In this document: in pieces, positions 35,891 through 46,922 of the stretch
How positions within the stretch are numbered: the first letter of the stretch is position 1
How the letters are laid out: every line of letters begins with the position of its first letter
Assembly: GCA_965250955.1 (NCBI GenBank)
Contig: CBDFQE010000001.1
Span: 506,545 to 570,544, forward strand
Direction of reading: 5' to 3'
DNA length: 64,000 nt
Source of the DNA: Amylibacter sp.
GTDB lineage: Bacteria; Pseudomonadota; Alphaproteobacteria; Rhodobacterales; Rhodobacteraceae
Program-made: the position numbers and the translations under genes
The notes under the pieces: model-generated
What the model was told of the DNA's origin: nothing
What the model saw: only the letters and a program-made list of their open reading frames with translations
The model's database searches: none

Positions 35891-37483
35891 ATGGAAATTT
35901 TTAAACTTATCGTATTGTCATTCATTACGATTTTCGCAGCTATGGCTGCTAATTTTGGTCAGGATGCAGCCTATACATTGCACGCCTTGATCATCATGGC
36001 CGTTGCATTCTTTCTTTTCGTACGAGAGCTGCGACAGTTTGGGGATGCCAAGCCTGTGGTCGAAACTGGATACCGCGATGATGTCATCAGGGCGGGGATT
36101 ATCGCCACGTCGTTCTGGGGTGTTGTCGGTATGCTGGTCGGCGTCATTATTGCGTTTCAGTTGGCGTTTCCTGCGCTGAACCTGGACTTTTCGTTCACAA
36201 CGTTTGGGCGTTTACGCCCCTTACACACATCAGCCGTGATTTTCGCCTTTGGCGGCAACGCGCTGATTGCGACATCTTTTTATATCGTCCAACGCACATC
36301 CGCCGCGCGACTGTGGGGCGGCAACCTTTGTTGGTTCGTATTCTGGGGGTATCAGTTGTTTATCGTGCTGGCCGCAACAGGTTATTTACTGGGGGCCACG
36401 CAATCCAAAGAATATGCTGAACCTGAATGGTACACTGACATTTGGTTAACTGTTGTCTGGCTATCATATCTGGCAGTCTTTTTGGGGACTATCGTTAAAC
36501 GTAAAGAGCCGCATATCTATGTGGCCAACTGGTTCTTCCTGTCGTTCATCGTCACGGTGGCAATGCTGCATGTGATGAATAACTTGTCTTTGCCGGTGTC
36601 GATCTTCGGTTCTAAATCCGTACAACTGTTTTCAGGTGTGCAAGATGCATTGCTACAGTGGTGGTATGGCCACAATGCGGTTGGTTTCTTCTTAACGGCG
36701 GGTTTCTTGGGCATGATGTACTATTTCGTACCCAAGCAGGCCAATCGACCTGTGTTCAGTTATAAACTGTCGATCATCCACTTTTGGTCTTTGATCTTTT
36801 TATATATCTGGGCTGGCCCGCACCACTTGCACTACACGGCTTTGCCTGACTGGGCGCAAACTTTGGGCATGGCGTTTTCCATCATGTTATGGATGCCCAG
36901 CTGGGGTGGTATGATCAACGGTCTGATGACGTTGAACGGGGCATGGGACAAGTTGCGTACTGACCCTATTTTGAAAATGATGGTGCTGAGCCTTGCATTC
37001 TACGGCATGTCCACATTTGAAGGGCCAGTTATGTCGATCAAAGTGATCAACTCACTGTCGCATTATACTGACTGGACCATCGGACATGTGCATTCAGGTG
37101 CGCTGGGCTGGAACGGCATGATCACATTTTGTGCGCTTTACTATCTGACACCGCGCCTGTGGGGCCAAAAGGAATTGTACAGCTTACCTATGGTGAACTG
37201 GCACTTCTGGTTGGCCACAATCGGTATCATTCTTTACGCGTCGTCCATGTGGGTGACGGGCATCATGGAAGGCCTGATGTGGCGTGAAGTTGATGCGCAG
37301 GGCTTCCTTGTGAACTCTTTCGCAGACACTGTTAAAGCCAAGTTCCCGATGTATGTGGTACGCGGCTTGGGTGGCGTGATGTATCTGACGGGTATGATCA
37401 TAATGTGCGTGAACCTGTGGCTGACTGCCACAGGGGCAGGCGAACGCAAAGCAAGTGCAGCACATGCTGTACCTGCGGAATAA
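35891..37483 (+). CDS. ccoN: cbb3-type cytochrome c oxidase subunit I
   Basis: 530-aa polytopic haem-copper oxidase with the conserved His pattern. First gene of ccoNOQP. Confidence 0.97.
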   Translation: MEIFKLIVLSFITIFAAMAANFGQDAAYTLHALIIMAVAFFLFVRELRQFGDAKPVVETGYRDDVIRAGIIATSFWGVVGMLVGVIIAFQLAFPALNLDFSFTTFGRLRPLHTSAVIFAFGGNALIATSFYIVQRTSAARLWGGNLCWFVFWGYQLFIVLAATGYLLGATQSKEYAEPEWYTDIWLTVVWLSYLAVFLGTIVKRKEPHIYVANWFFLSFIVTVAMLHVMNNLSLPVSIFGSKSVQLFSGVQDALLQWWYGHNAVGFFLTAGFLGMMYYFVPKQANRPVFSYKLSIIHFWSLIFLYIWAGPHHLHYTALPDWAQTLGMAFSIMLWMPSWGGMINGLMTLNGAWDKLRTDPILKMMVLSLAFYGMSTFEGPVMSIKVINSLSHYTDWTIGHVHSGALGWNGMITFCALYYLTPRLWGQKELYSLPMVNWHFWLATIGIILYASSMWVTGIMEGLMWREVDAQGFLVNSFADTVKAKFPMYVVRGLGGVMYLTGMIIMCVNLWLTATGAGERKASAAHAVPAE

Positions 37484-37493
37484 GGAGAAAAAT

Positions 37494-38219
37494 ATGTCAC
37501 TCTTTCGCCATCACAAAAAAGTCGAAACCAACGCCAACACTTTGTTCATACTTAGCTTGGCCGTGGTCACCATCGGCGGTATCGTCGAAATCGCACCGTT
37601 GTTCTACCTTGAAAATACCATCGAAAAAGTAGAAGGAATGCGGCCCTATACGCCGTTGGAACTGGCCGGGCGTAATATTTACGTTCGCGAAGGGTGCTAC
37701 CTTTGTCACAGTCAAATGATCCGTCCGTTGCGCGACGAAGTTGAACGTTACGGTCACTATTCATTGGCTGTGGAAAGTATTTATGACCACCCGTTCCAAT
37801 GGGGTTCAAAACGCACGGGGCCTGATTTAGCCCGCGTTGGTGCGCGCTATTCTGATGAATGGCATGTGGACCATCTGACCGATCCGCGTTCTGTTGTGCC
37901 TGAAAGCATCATGCCTAAATACCGCTTCTTGAAAGAGGCTGTACTGAAGCCTGAAGATATTCAGGCGGTGGTAATAGCCAACAGCCGTGTGGGCGTTCCT
38001 TACACGGATGAAATGATCGAAAATGCTGCGGATGATTTCAAAGCGCAAGTTGACCCCGATAGTGATTGGGAAGATATGGTTGCGCGTTATCCCAAAGCAC
38101 AAGTGCGTAACTTTGATGGGCAAGACGATCTGACCGAAATGGATGCGCTGGTAGCTTACCTGCAAATGCTTGGCACGCTGGTTGATTTTTCAACCTTCAC
38201 GCCAGACGCCAGCCGATAG
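37494..38219 (+). CDS. ccoO: cbb3-type cytochrome c oxidase subunit II (monohaem)
   Basis: ORF track 37455..38219. Start trimmed to ATG 37494 (AAGGAG RBS). Haem motif CYLCHS. Confidence 0.95.
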   Translation: MSLFRHHKKVETNANTLFILSLAVVTIGGIVEIAPLFYLENTIEKVEGMRPYTPLELAGRNIYVREGCYLCHSQMIRPLRDEVERYGHYSLAVESIYDHPFQWGSKRTGPDLARVGARYSDEWHVDHLTDPRSVVPESIMPKYRFLKEAVLKPEDIQAVVIANSRVGVPYTDEMIENAADDFKAQVDPDSDWEDMVARYPKAQVRNFDGQDDLTEMDALVAYLQMLGTLVDFSTFTPDASR

Positions 38220-38225
38220 GGGGGA

Positions 38226-38438
38226 ATGAACATGGATACTTATTCCTTAATGCGCGAAATTGCCGACAGCTGGGGCTTGTTGGGTATGGTCGCCTTCTTT
38301 TTGATCGCGGTTTTGATGCTGTTTCGCCCCGGTGCCAAAAAGATGCACAAAGACGCATCACAAATACCGTTTCACGATCATGAGCAGCCTTTGGCTGATC
38401 AGGATGACAAAAAACAACAGTTGGAGAGCCAGTCATGA
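38226..38438 (+). CDS. ccoQ: cbb3-type cytochrome c oxidase subunit CcoQ
   Basis: Small single-TM protein (WGLLGMVAFFLIAVLMLF) between ccoO and ccoP. Confidence 0.7.
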   Translation: MNMDTYSLMREIADSWGLLGMVAFFLIAVLMLFRPGAKKMHKDASQIPFHDHEQPLADQDDKKQQLESQS

Positions 38439-39298
38439 GCAAGAAAATCAAAAAAAGTGACGAAGACTATCCAACAACTGGCCATGAATGGGACGGCATT
38501 CGCGAGTATGATAAACCGATGCCGCGCTGGTGGCTCTATACGTTCTATCTGTGTATCATCTTTGCGTTCGGTTATATGATTGCTTACCCTGCAATCCCTT
38601 TACTTAAAGGGGCGACGCCCGGCTTGTTAGGCTATGCATCACGGACTGAAGTGGCCGAGCATATTGCCGAAGTAAATGCGAAAAACCATGAGATTGAAAC
38701 ACAACTGCTATCAACACCCTTAGAAGAAATCTCTGCCGATGCGGATTTGGTGCGTTTTGCCACAGCAGGTGGCGGTGCCGTTTTTCGTACCTATTGCGCG
38801 CAATGCCACGGCGAAGGTGCACAAGGTGCCAAAGGCTATCCGAACCTTCAGGATGATGACTGGCTTTGGGGGGGTGATTTGGCCGCTATCGAAACCACCG
38901 TTCGCCACGGTATTCGCCATGAAGCGGATGAAGATACGCGGTATTCTGAAATGCCTAAATTCGGTGAATTTATGGAAAAAACAGAAATTGCAGCCCTTGC
39001 TGAATATGTACTGCAAGTATCAGGCCGCGATCATGATGCCGCTTTGGCCACAACCGGCCAACCTTTGTTTGAAGAAAACTGTGTTGCTTGCCATGCAGAG
39101 CAAGCCACAGGGGATCGCGAACAAGGCGCGCCTAATCTGGCAGATGCGATTTGGCTTTACGGGCGTGAGCGTGAAACCATCACAGCGACGATTACCAACA
39201 GCCGCTTTGGTGTGATGCCTGCATGGCAGGGCCGGATTACCGAAGCACAGATTAAGCAAGTAACATTCTACGTTCACCAACTGGGTGGCGGAGAATAA
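38435..39298 (+). CDS. ccoP: cbb3-type cytochrome c oxidase subunit III (dihaem)
   Basis: Two haem c motifs, CAQCHG and CVACHA. Confidence 0.95.
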   Translation: MSKKIKKSDEDYPTTGHEWDGIREYDKPMPRWWLYTFYLCIIFAFGYMIAYPAIPLLKGATPGLLGYASRTEVAEHIAEVNAKNHEIETQLLSTPLEEISADADLVRFATAGGGAVFRTYCAQCHGEGAQGAKGYPNLQDDDWLWGGDLAAIETTVRHGIRHEADEDTRYSEMPKFGEFMEKTEIAALAEYVLQVSGRDHDAALATTGQPLFEENCVACHAEQATGDREQGAPNLADAIWLYGRERETITATITNSRFGVMPAWQGRITEAQIKQVTFYVHQLGGGE

Positions 39299-39322
39299 GG
39301 TTCCTTTCCAACTGGGAACCTG

Positions 39323-39366
39323 ACACCAGCCCTTGTCCTGTTCAGATCTGGGCTGGTGTTTATTTG
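39323..39366 (+). terminator. Terminator candidate after ccoP
   Basis: Perfect 10-bp arms acaccagccc (39323-39332) and gggctggtgt (39350-39359), then ttatttg. The 17-nt loop is long. Confidence 0.5.
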
Positions 39367-39410
39367 CCTATTTAAACGATAAAACTTGCGAACAGGACGT
39401 CTGGTGACAC

Positions 39411-40829
39411 ATGACAACCCAAACGACACAAGAACCGCCAAAGCTATTTGAAGCCCGTGAACCAGTATTCCCGCAAAGGGTATCGGGTTGGTATCGCCGC
39501 TTGAAATGGTGGCTGATGGCGTTTACGCTTAGCATTTATTACATCACGCCTTGGTTGCGTTGGGACAGGGGTGAAAACCTGCCTGATCAGGCGGTTCTGA
39601 TTGATATTGGCCACGCCCGCTTTTTCTTTTTCTGGATCCAAATATGGCCACATGAGTTTTACTTTGTTGCAGGCCTGTTGATCATGGCAGGCTTGGGCCT
39701 GTTTTTGTTCACCTCTGCTTTGGGCCGGGTCTGGTGCGGTTATGCTTGTCCGCAAACTGTGTGGACAGATCTGTTTATTCTGGTGGAACGCTGGGTTGAG
39801 GGGGATCGCAATGAGCGTATTCGCCTGCTGCGCGCGAAAACAAGTTTTCGAAAAGCCCGGCTTCGGGTCACTAAATGGATGATTTGGTTGCTGCTTTCCA
39901 TAGCAACGGGCGGGGCATGGGTTTTCTACTTTGCTGATGCACCGACATTGCTGCGCGATCTTGTGATCGGGCAAGCGGCTATGGCCGCTTATATAACGAT
40001 TGCGGTTCTAGCTGGTGCTACTTTCATGTTTGGTGGTTTCCTGCGCGAACAGGTCTGCACATATATGTGCCCGTGGCCACGCATTCAGGCAGCAATGATG
40101 GATGAACATTCCCTGACCGTTGCTTACCGCGATTGGCGCGGTGAACCGCGTGGGAAAATGGGTAAAGCCGAGGGTGATTGTATTGATTGCATGGCTTGTG
40201 TGACGGTTTGTCCGCAAGGGATTGATATCCGTGACGGGCAACAAGTTGAATGTATTACCTGTGCTTTGTGTATCGATGCCTGCGATAACATGATGGAAAA
40301 AATCGGCCGCCCACGTGGGTTGATCGATTATTGTGCGCTGAGTGATGAAGTTTTGGAACGTGCCGGTAATGAACCCAAAACAGTGTGGAGTCATATCCTG
40401 CGCTTGCGCAACTTTATCTACTTCGCCCTTTGGGGGCTTATCGGTGTGGGGTTGGTCGTTGCCCTGTTTGTCCGCTCTGATTTCTCGGTCTCTGTCAAAC
40501 CTGATCGCAATCCACGGTTTGTGATCTTGTCGGACGGTACCATTCGTAATGCATATGACCTGAAACTCAGCAACCAGACAGGCGAAGATCGGGTATTTCA
40601 TATTTCGATTAAAACAAGTGACCCCTTGCGTCTGGATTTAGAGGGAACGGATGAGTTGAGTGTTCTTGTGGCTGCAGATGACAGATTGCATCAGCGGGTT
40701 TATATTTTCGCCAAACCAGAGTATTCTGCCAGTACTTCAGACAAATCGCCCGTACGGTTTTGGGTTGAAGATAGAAATGCCGACGCACGTCTTTCGGTGG
40801 ACAGTGTGTTTGCAGGAGATGCGGAATGA
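39411..40829 (+). CDS. ccoG: cbb3 oxidase maturation ferredoxin CcoG/FixG/RdxB
   Basis: Motifs CGYACPQTVW, CIDCMACVTVCPQGIDIR and CITCALCIDACD. Confidence 0.9.
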   Translation: MTTQTTQEPPKLFEAREPVFPQRVSGWYRRLKWWLMAFTLSIYYITPWLRWDRGENLPDQAVLIDIGHARFFFFWIQIWPHEFYFVAGLLIMAGLGLFLFTSALGRVWCGYACPQTVWTDLFILVERWVEGDRNERIRLLRAKTSFRKARLRVTKWMIWLLLSIATGGAWVFYFADAPTLLRDLVIGQAAMAAYITIAVLAGATFMFGGFLREQVCTYMCPWPRIQAAMMDEHSLTVAYRDWRGEPRGKMGKAEGDCIDCMACVTVCPQGIDIRDGQQVECITCALCIDACDNMMEKIGRPRGLIDYCALSDEVLERAGNEPKTVWSHILRLRNFIYFALWGLIGVGLVVALFVRSDFSVSVKPDRNPRFVILSDGTIRNAYDLKLSNQTGEDRVFHISIKTSDPLRLDLEGTDELSVLVAADDRLHQRVYIFAKPEYSASTSDKSPVRFWVEDRNADARLSVDSVFAGDAE

Positions 40830-41302
40830 GCGATACTTCAAAGCGACCGCCTTTGACCGGGCGTAAAGTAACTTGGATGTTTGTCGGGGCCTTTGCCACG
40901 ATAGTCTGTGCAAACCTAGCGTTGGTATATGCCGCTATCGGATCGTTTCCCGGGCTTGAAACCCGCGCGCCCTATAATGAAAGCCTAAGCTTTGAGTTGC
41001 GCAGGATAGCGCAGGAAAAATTGAATTGGTCATCATCGATATCCTACAAAGATGGGCAAATTGTTCTGGATTTAAAGGAACCAAGTGGCGTGCCTGTTGT
41101 GACCCCGAATATTGCTGTGACTTTTGGTCGTGCCACTTCGGCAAAATATGACCAAGAGCTAGATGTATATTTCGACGGTGACTTTTTTGTGGCCGATGTG
41201 GATGTGCCTGCCGGAAACTGGCAGGTGAAAATAAAGGCCACAGCATTGGATGGCACTGATTTCAGGCGCACCTTGTCGCTTTATATCCGACCTGCGTCAT
41301 GA
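40826..41302 (+). CDS. ccoH: CcoH/FixH
   Basis: Single N-terminal TM helix. Position between ccoG and ccoI, with 4-nt overlaps on both sides. Confidence 0.8.
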   Translation: MSDTSKRPPLTGRKVTWMFVGAFATIVCANLALVYAAIGSFPGLETRAPYNESLSFELRRIAQEKLNWSSSISYKDGQIVLDLKEPSGVPVVTPNIAVTFGRATSAKYDQELDVYFDGDFFVADVDVPAGNWQVKIKATALDGTDFRRTLSLYIRPAS

Positions 41303-43452
41303 CCGTTGCCAGCTGCCCAGCTTGCGTTGCAGTTCCCCATGAAAAGATGGAACAAACGGTTGCGGCAGCTTTGACGTTGGAAATATCTGTGCCAACGGTT
41401 CATTGTGCGGGTTGTATCGGAAAGATTGAAAAAGGTTTGCGACAGCTGGACGGTGTTCAAGATGCGCGGGTTAACCTGTCATTAAAACGTGTGCGGGTGC
41501 AAGGCGACGGAAAGGATGGCATTGAAGATGCGGTTCTGGATAAGCTGGCGAACCTTGGTTTTGAAGCGCATCCACTGGACAATAAAACCTTAGCCCAAAA
41601 GCCTGATGATGTATCACGCGGCCTGCTGATCCGTTTGGGGATCGCAGGGTTTGCGATGATGAACGTGATGCTGTTGTCTGTGTCTGTTTGGGCAGGTGCC
41701 GAAGGTGCCACGCGTGATTTTCTGCACTGGGTGTCCGCCGCGATTGCATTGCCCACGATTGCCTATACGGCACAGCCATTTTTCAAAAATGCGTGGTCTG
41801 CGTTGCGTGTGCGCAGCCTGAATATGGATGTGCCGATCAGTCTGGCCATTCTTATGGCGGCTGGTCTTTCGTTATATGAAACCGCCCATGGCGGTGAACA
41901 TGCTTATTTTGATGCGGCCCTGTCATTGACGTTTTTCTTGCTGGCGGGGCGGTATCTGGATCATCAGACCCGTGCCAAAGCACGGTCTGCGGCGGTAGAG
42001 CTGACAGCCCTTGAAGTTCCGCGTGCGCAAAGATTGCGTGATGGACAGGTTGAAACCGTTGATATCGGCGATCTGCACGTGGGTGAGCGCGTTCTGGTGC
42101 GTCGCGGGGCGCGCGTGCCGGTGGACGGGTTAGTGGCTAAAGGGGCCAGTGATCTGGATATGTCTTTGCTGACAGGTGAAACCATGCCGCATAGCATTGC
42201 GAAGGGTGACGCGGTTTATAGTGGCACGCTGAACCTAGGCCCGCCCTTTGAGGCTGATATAACCCACATCGGTAAGGGGACGAAGCTGGCAGAGATTGCC
42301 CAGCTTGTGGCCACAGCGGAAACAACCAAGACCAAATACACCACGCTGGCCGATCAGGCCGCACGGATATACGCGCCCTTGGTTCACCTGCTGGCGTTCG
42401 GGGCTTTTTTATTCTGGCAATTCTATACAGGTGACACCCGTCTTGCGATCGGTATTGCCACAGCGGTACTGATCATCACATGCCCCTGCGCCTTGGGGTT
42501 GGCGGTGCCTGCCGTGATGACAGTGGTCAGCGGGCGGTTGTACCGTATGGGTGTCTTGATCCGCAATGGTGCGGCACTGGAACGCTTGGTGGATATCGAT
42601 ACCGTTGTTTTTGATAAAACCGGCACTTTGACAACTGGGCAGATGACGGTGGTTGAGGCCCCCAATGGTAAGACATTACTGATAGCGGCAAGCCTTGCCG
42701 CGCAATCGGATCATCCGTTATCCAAGGCTGTGACCAAGCTTGCGCAGGGGCAAAACTTACTGGCGGTAGAAAATGTTGTTGAACATGGCGGCATGGGGCT
42801 GGAGTCAAATGTTGGTGGCACACTTGTGCGTCTTGGGCGGGCTGAATGGATAGGTTGTGAGCCGCATAAGGGTTATGTGCAAAGCTGGCTTCAAGTTGGG
42901 GATGATGCCCCTGTGCCGTTCCTGTTTGAAGATACGATTAAACTAAGTGCCAAAGATGCGGTTTTACGCTTACAACAGCGAGGGCTTAAAGTGGTTGTGC
43001 TGTCAGGGGATACACAGATCACAACAGACCGGTTGGCAGATAAACTAGGTATTGAACACGCTATCGGCGCCGTTCTGCCCGATGAAAAACTGCAAATTGT
43101 GCAATCTTATGGCGGGCATGTTTTGATGGTGGGCGACGGGTTGAATGATACGGCTGCACTGGCAGGGGCGGATGTTTCCATGTCACCTGCTTCTGCAATA
43201 GATGCCGCACGTGCGGCATCTGATTTTGTTTTGATCAAAGATGATCTGACCTTGATCGACAGCTGTATTGCCTTGTCAAAATCCGCAAAACGCCGCATGT
43301 TGGAAAACTTCGGTATTGCGGCGGGCTATAACGCCGTTGCAATCCCTGTGGCTTTAATCGGGCTAGCAACGCCGTTACTGGCGGCTTTGGCCATGTCGGC
43401 CTCATCCATATGTGTATCCTTAAATGCAATGCGCCTGACCCAGAGGAAATAA
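41299..43452 (+). CDS. ccoI: Copper-translocating P-type ATPase CcoI/FixI
   Basis: HMA-like CAGC, TM CPC motif, DKTGTLT and VGDGLND. Confidence 0.9.
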   Translation: MTVASCPACVAVPHEKMEQTVAAALTLEISVPTVHCAGCIGKIEKGLRQLDGVQDARVNLSLKRVRVQGDGKDGIEDAVLDKLANLGFEAHPLDNKTLAQKPDDVSRGLLIRLGIAGFAMMNVMLLSVSVWAGAEGATRDFLHWVSAAIALPTIAYTAQPFFKNAWSALRVRSLNMDVPISLAILMAAGLSLYETAHGGEHAYFDAALSLTFFLLAGRYLDHQTRAKARSAAVELTALEVPRAQRLRDGQVETVDIGDLHVGERVLVRRGARVPVDGLVAKGASDLDMSLLTGETMPHSIAKGDAVYSGTLNLGPPFEADITHIGKGTKLAEIAQLVATAETTKTKYTTLADQAARIYAPLVHLLAFGAFLFWQFYTGDTRLAIGIATAVLIITCPCALGLAVPAVMTVVSGRLYRMGVLIRNGAALERLVDIDTVVFDKTGTLTTGQMTVVEAPNGKTLLIAASLAAQSDHPLSKAVTKLAQGQNLLAVENVVEHGGMGLESNVGGTLVRLGRAEWIGCEPHKGYVQSWLQVGDDAPVPFLFEDTIKLSAKDAVLRLQQRGLKVVVLSGDTQITTDRLADKLGIEHAIGAVLPDEKLQIVQSYGGHVLMVGDGLNDTAALAGADVSMSPASAIDAARAASDFVLIKDDLTLIDSCIALSKSAKRRMLENFGIAAGYNAVAIPVALIGLATPLLAALAMSASSICVSLNAMRLTQRK

Positions 43453-43598
43453 TGTCTATTCTGATTTACCTGATACCAGCTTCACTACTGTTAGGCGGCC
43501 TTGGCCTCGCAGCTTTTTTCTGGGCGATTAAATCAAAGCAGTTTGATGACCCTGAGGGTAATGCGGCACGCATTTTACTGGATGATGAAGAGTTGTAA
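43452..43598 (+). CDS. ccoS: CcoS/FixS (48 aa)
   Basis: Inner ATG of ORF 43410..43598, overlapping the ccoI stop as TAATG. Sequence MSILIYLIPASLLLGGLGLAAFFWAIKSKQFDD. Confidence 0.8.
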   Translation: MSILIYLIPASLLLGGLGLAAFFWAIKSKQFDDPEGNAARILLDDEEL

Positions 43599-43815
43599 GT
43601 GTCTGCGTTAGACTAAGATCAATGGATGGACTGCATATATATAGTAAGGTAATAACGCCACATTGCAGTCCTGTAGCGACATCAGTTTATTTTATCAGTT
43701 TTTAAACGATCTTCCGTTTGACAAAAGACGGGGCACGTGTACAAATTAGCGCGGATTTTTCGGGTATCCCGAACGGCCTAATAGGCTGCAAAATTCAATA
43801 AACAGGGAGAATAAT

Positions 43816-44814
43816 ATGAATAAATTTACAACAGGGCTGGCCGTTGCTGGCACGATGCTTGCCGCATCTACAGCGGCTTATGCCGAATGCGGTGACATCC
43901 AAGTAGCCGAGTTTAACTGGGCATCAGGCGAATTGATGGCCAACGTAGACAAGTTTATCCTGGAAGCAGGATACGGTTGTAACGTTGAGCTGGTAATCGG
44001 CGGTACGACTGCGATTTTTGCGTCAATGAACGAAAAAGGCCAACCTGACATTGCCGGCGAACAATGGGTTAACGCATTGCGCGAAACCCTTGATCCTGCC
44101 CTTGAAGAGGGCCGTCTGCATGCGGTCAACAAAGGCCCGATACTAGGTTTGGGCGAGGGTTGGTGGATACCGCCACACACTGCAAAAGCACACCCAGAGT
44201 TGAAAACAGCTTTGGACATCCTTGAGCACCCTGAACTGTTTCCAGATGACGAAGATCCGTCAAAAGGTGCTTTTATCGGTTGTCCTGCCGGGTGGGGTTG
44301 CCAACACGTGAACAACAATCTGTTCAAAGCGTTTGACATGGAAGCAAAAGGCTGGGTTTTGGTTGATCCAGGTTCAGCGGCCGGTCTTGACGGCTCTATC
44401 GCCAAAGCGAATGAGCGTGGCGAAAACTGGTTTGGCTATTACTGGTCACCAACATCCATCATCGGCAAATACGACATGCAATCCGTACCGTTTGGTGTAG
44501 AGTTTGCAGGTAAAGATCATTGGGATGCGTGCATTTCGCAAGAAGAATGTGCTGATCCGAAAGCAACATCTTGGATCGAATCACAGGTGTTCACTATCGT
44601 GACCGATAAGTTCATGAAAGAGGGCGGCGAGATCAATGATTTCCTAGCGAAACGTGTTTATCCTGGCCCGGTAATGGGTTCTATGCTGGTATACATGGCT
44701 GACGAGCAGGCCGCTGGTGAAGATGCCGCGATTGAGTTCCTGACCAAATATGAAGATATTTGGACAACATGGGTATCAGACGAAGTTGCTGCTAAAGTTA
44801 AAGGCGCACTTTAA
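43816..44814 (+). CDS. proX: Glycine betaine/choline-type ABC transporter substrate-binding protein (OpuAC family)
   Basis: Signal peptide and an OpuAC-like body. Followed by proW and proV. Confidence 0.8.
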   Translation: MNKFTTGLAVAGTMLAASTAAYAECGDIQVAEFNWASGELMANVDKFILEAGYGCNVELVIGGTTAIFASMNEKGQPDIAGEQWVNALRETLDPALEEGRLHAVNKGPILGLGEGWWIPPHTAKAHPELKTALDILEHPELFPDDEDPSKGAFIGCPAGWGCQHVNNNLFKAFDMEAKGWVLVDPGSAAGLDGSIAKANERGENWFGYYWSPTSIIGKYDMQSVPFGVEFAGKDHWDACISQEECADPKATSWIESQVFTIVTDKFMKEGGEINDFLAKRVYPGPVMGSMLVYMADEQAAGEDAAIEFLTKYEDIWTTWVSDEVAAKVKGAL

Positions 44815-44893
44815 TCTGAATATATGATACATCTATAGGCCCGTCTGTTATTCAGGCGGGCCTATTTATATGAAAAGATAGTAGGGGGATAAA

Positions 44894-45802
44894 ATGGCAC
44901 TGAAAGAAATTTTGCCAGAGGTTTTAATCGAATTTCCAGAAATGGGCCGCACAGATTTGCGCGACCTGAAGAAAGGTATTGATGAAACCTTTCGGACATT
45001 CACACGCGCAAACGGAGAGATGATTGAAGACTTCTTTTATCCTTTGAAAGTTTTCATGGTCTTTTTCCAAAAATTGCTGGTCGCAACACCGTGGCCCCTG
45101 ATGATCCTTGTTCTTGCTGTTCTTGTATGGTTTGGGTCTCGTAAATGGAGCTTGGTGATAGGCACAATCATTTCCTTGCTTTTGATCGGCTATCTTGGCA
45201 TGTGGGAAGATACCATGAAAACGCTGGCATTAGTTTCTGTGTCTACTTTTGTGTGCATCGCCATCGGTATTCCGTTGGGTATTCTGATGTCAAAATCTGA
45301 CAGAACACAGGCACTTATTGTGCCCATATTGGACATCATGCAGACCATTCCTGCATTTGTGTATCTGATCCCTGTGCTGATGCTGTTGGGTATCGGCAAA
45401 GTACCTGGCCTAATCGCGGTATGTATCTATGCCATCCCACCTGTTGTACGCCTAACTGATCTGGGCATTCGTCTGGTAGACAAGGATGTGCTTGAAGCGG
45501 CTGACGCGTTTGGTGCATCACCAAGGCAAAAAATGATGCGTGTGCAGTTGCCACTAGCACTGCCCAATTTGTTTGCCGGTGTAAACCAAACCATTATGAT
45601 GGCTTTGGCTATGGTTGTGGTGGCGTCGTTAATTGGCGCGCATGGTCTTGGGTCTAATGTGCTTAAAGCTGTAAACAACCAGTATCTGACGCTTGGTCTG
45701 ATGAACGGTCTGGCCATTGTTGCCATTGCGATTGTGTTTGATCGCGTTTCACAAGAATTCGGCAAACGCCTGCAAAAACATTCGGAGACTATTCATGGCT
45801 GA
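44894..45802 (+). CDS. proW: Glycine betaine/proline ABC transporter permease
   Basis: Polytopic BPD-type permease. Confidence 0.9.
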   Translation: MALKEILPEVLIEFPEMGRTDLRDLKKGIDETFRTFTRANGEMIEDFFYPLKVFMVFFQKLLVATPWPLMILVLAVLVWFGSRKWSLVIGTIISLLLIGYLGMWEDTMKTLALVSVSTFVCIAIGIPLGILMSKSDRTQALIVPILDIMQTIPAFVYLIPVLMLLGIGKVPGLIAVCIYAIPPVVRLTDLGIRLVDKDVLEAADAFGASPRQKMMRVQLPLALPNLFAGVNQTIMMALAMVVVASLIGAHGLGSNVLKAVNNQYLTLGLMNGLAIVAIAIVFDRVSQEFGKRLQKHSETIHG

Positions 45803-46841
45803 TCACAGTATTGAGGTTAAAGGCCTTTACAAAATCTTTGGCCCGCATGGCGACCGTTATGTAGAAGCCGTTCAAGGCGGTATGACCAAGGATGAGCTGA
45901 AAGCAAAGCACGGGCATGTGTTGGGGTTGAAAGACATCAACATCCATATGCCTTCTGCTAAAATTCAGGTGATCATGGGGCTGTCGGGATCAGGTAAATC
46001 CACCATGATCCGTCACATCAACCGCCTGATTGAACCCACCGTGGGTGAGGTGATTTTCCAAGGCCAAGACGTTTGTAAAATGTCCGATGCCGAATTGCAG
46101 GAATTCCGCCGTCATAAAACTGCGATGGTGTTCCAGAAGTTCGCTTTGCTGCCGCACCGCACGGTGATCGACAACACGCTTTTCGGGATAGAACTGCAAG
46201 GCGTTTCGCGTGGTGAATGTGAAGAACGCGCCAAGCATTGGTTGAAACGTGTAGGGTTGGACGGGTTTGAAGATAACTACCCCAACCAGCTGTCCGGCGG
46301 TATGCAACAACGTGTGGGTTTGGCGCGCGCGCTGACCAATGACGCAGATATTCTGTTGATGGATGAAGCTTTTTCGGCACTTGATCCGCTGATCCGTATG
46401 GACATGCAGAGCATCCTTTTGGAGCTACAAGAAGAGCTGCACAAAACCATTGTATTCATCACCCACGATCTGGATGAGGCTTTGCGCCTTGGTGACCGGA
46501 TTGCAATTTTGCGTGATGGCATCATGGTCCAACAAGACGAGCCGCAACAGATTTTGCTGAACCCGGCTGATGATTATGTCACCGATTTCATCAAAGACAT
46601 CAACCGTGTGCGGGTGTTGGAAGTTGGGTCTATCATGTCAAAGAAAAAGGCGGCTAAAGGGCCGAAGATTGAGCGTACTGTTGTTATTGAAGATGCGTTG
46701 CAAATATTGTCTCAGGCAAATGCTGCAGAAGCTGCCGTTACTGATAATGGTAAAGCAATAGGATCCATTACAATGGATACAATGATCGCATCGATTGCTA
46801 GGCGCGAGAATCTAAACAATAACAAGGGTACTTATAAATAG
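45795..46841 (+). CDS. proV: Glycine betaine/proline ABC transporter ATPase with C-terminal CBS region
   Basis: ORF track 45717..46841. Start trimmed to ATG 45795 (MADHSIEVKGLYKIFG), an 8-nt overlap with proW. Motifs GLSGSGKST, LSGGMQQRVGLARAL and LLMDEAFSALD. Confidence 0.9.
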   Translation: MADHSIEVKGLYKIFGPHGDRYVEAVQGGMTKDELKAKHGHVLGLKDINIHMPSAKIQVIMGLSGSGKSTMIRHINRLIEPTVGEVIFQGQDVCKMSDAELQEFRRHKTAMVFQKFALLPHRTVIDNTLFGIELQGVSRGECEERAKHWLKRVGLDGFEDNYPNQLSGGMQQRVGLARALTNDADILLMDEAFSALDPLIRMDMQSILLELQEELHKTIVFITHDLDEALRLGDRIAILRDGIMVQQDEPQQILLNPADDYVTDFIKDINRVRVLEVGSIMSKKKAAKGPKIERTVVIEDALQILSQANAAEAAVTDNGKAIGSITMDTMIASIARRENLNNNKGTYK

Positions 46842-46876
46842 TAAGTACGTCCCTATAGACCCTTTTGAAATTTAGC

Positions 46877-46910
46877 AGAGCCCAGAGAGTTATTTTTGGG
46901 CTCTTTGCTT
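46877..46910. terminator. Hairpin between convergent proV and the PrpD-family gene (bidirectional terminator candidate)
   Basis: Arms agagccca (46877-46884) and tgggctct (46897-46904), then ttgctttc. Confidence 0.45.
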
Positions 46911-46922
46911 TCAAATTGAATT

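Noticed and set aside
39444-40601. Long minus-strand ORFs (176 and 197 aa) inside ccoG. Similar antisense ORFs occur in proX (43878..44405), spoT, cpaF and the ABC gene.
   Set aside because: They overlap confidently assigned genes on the other strand, are rich in Arg/Pro/Cys typical of antisense frames, and lack RBSs.
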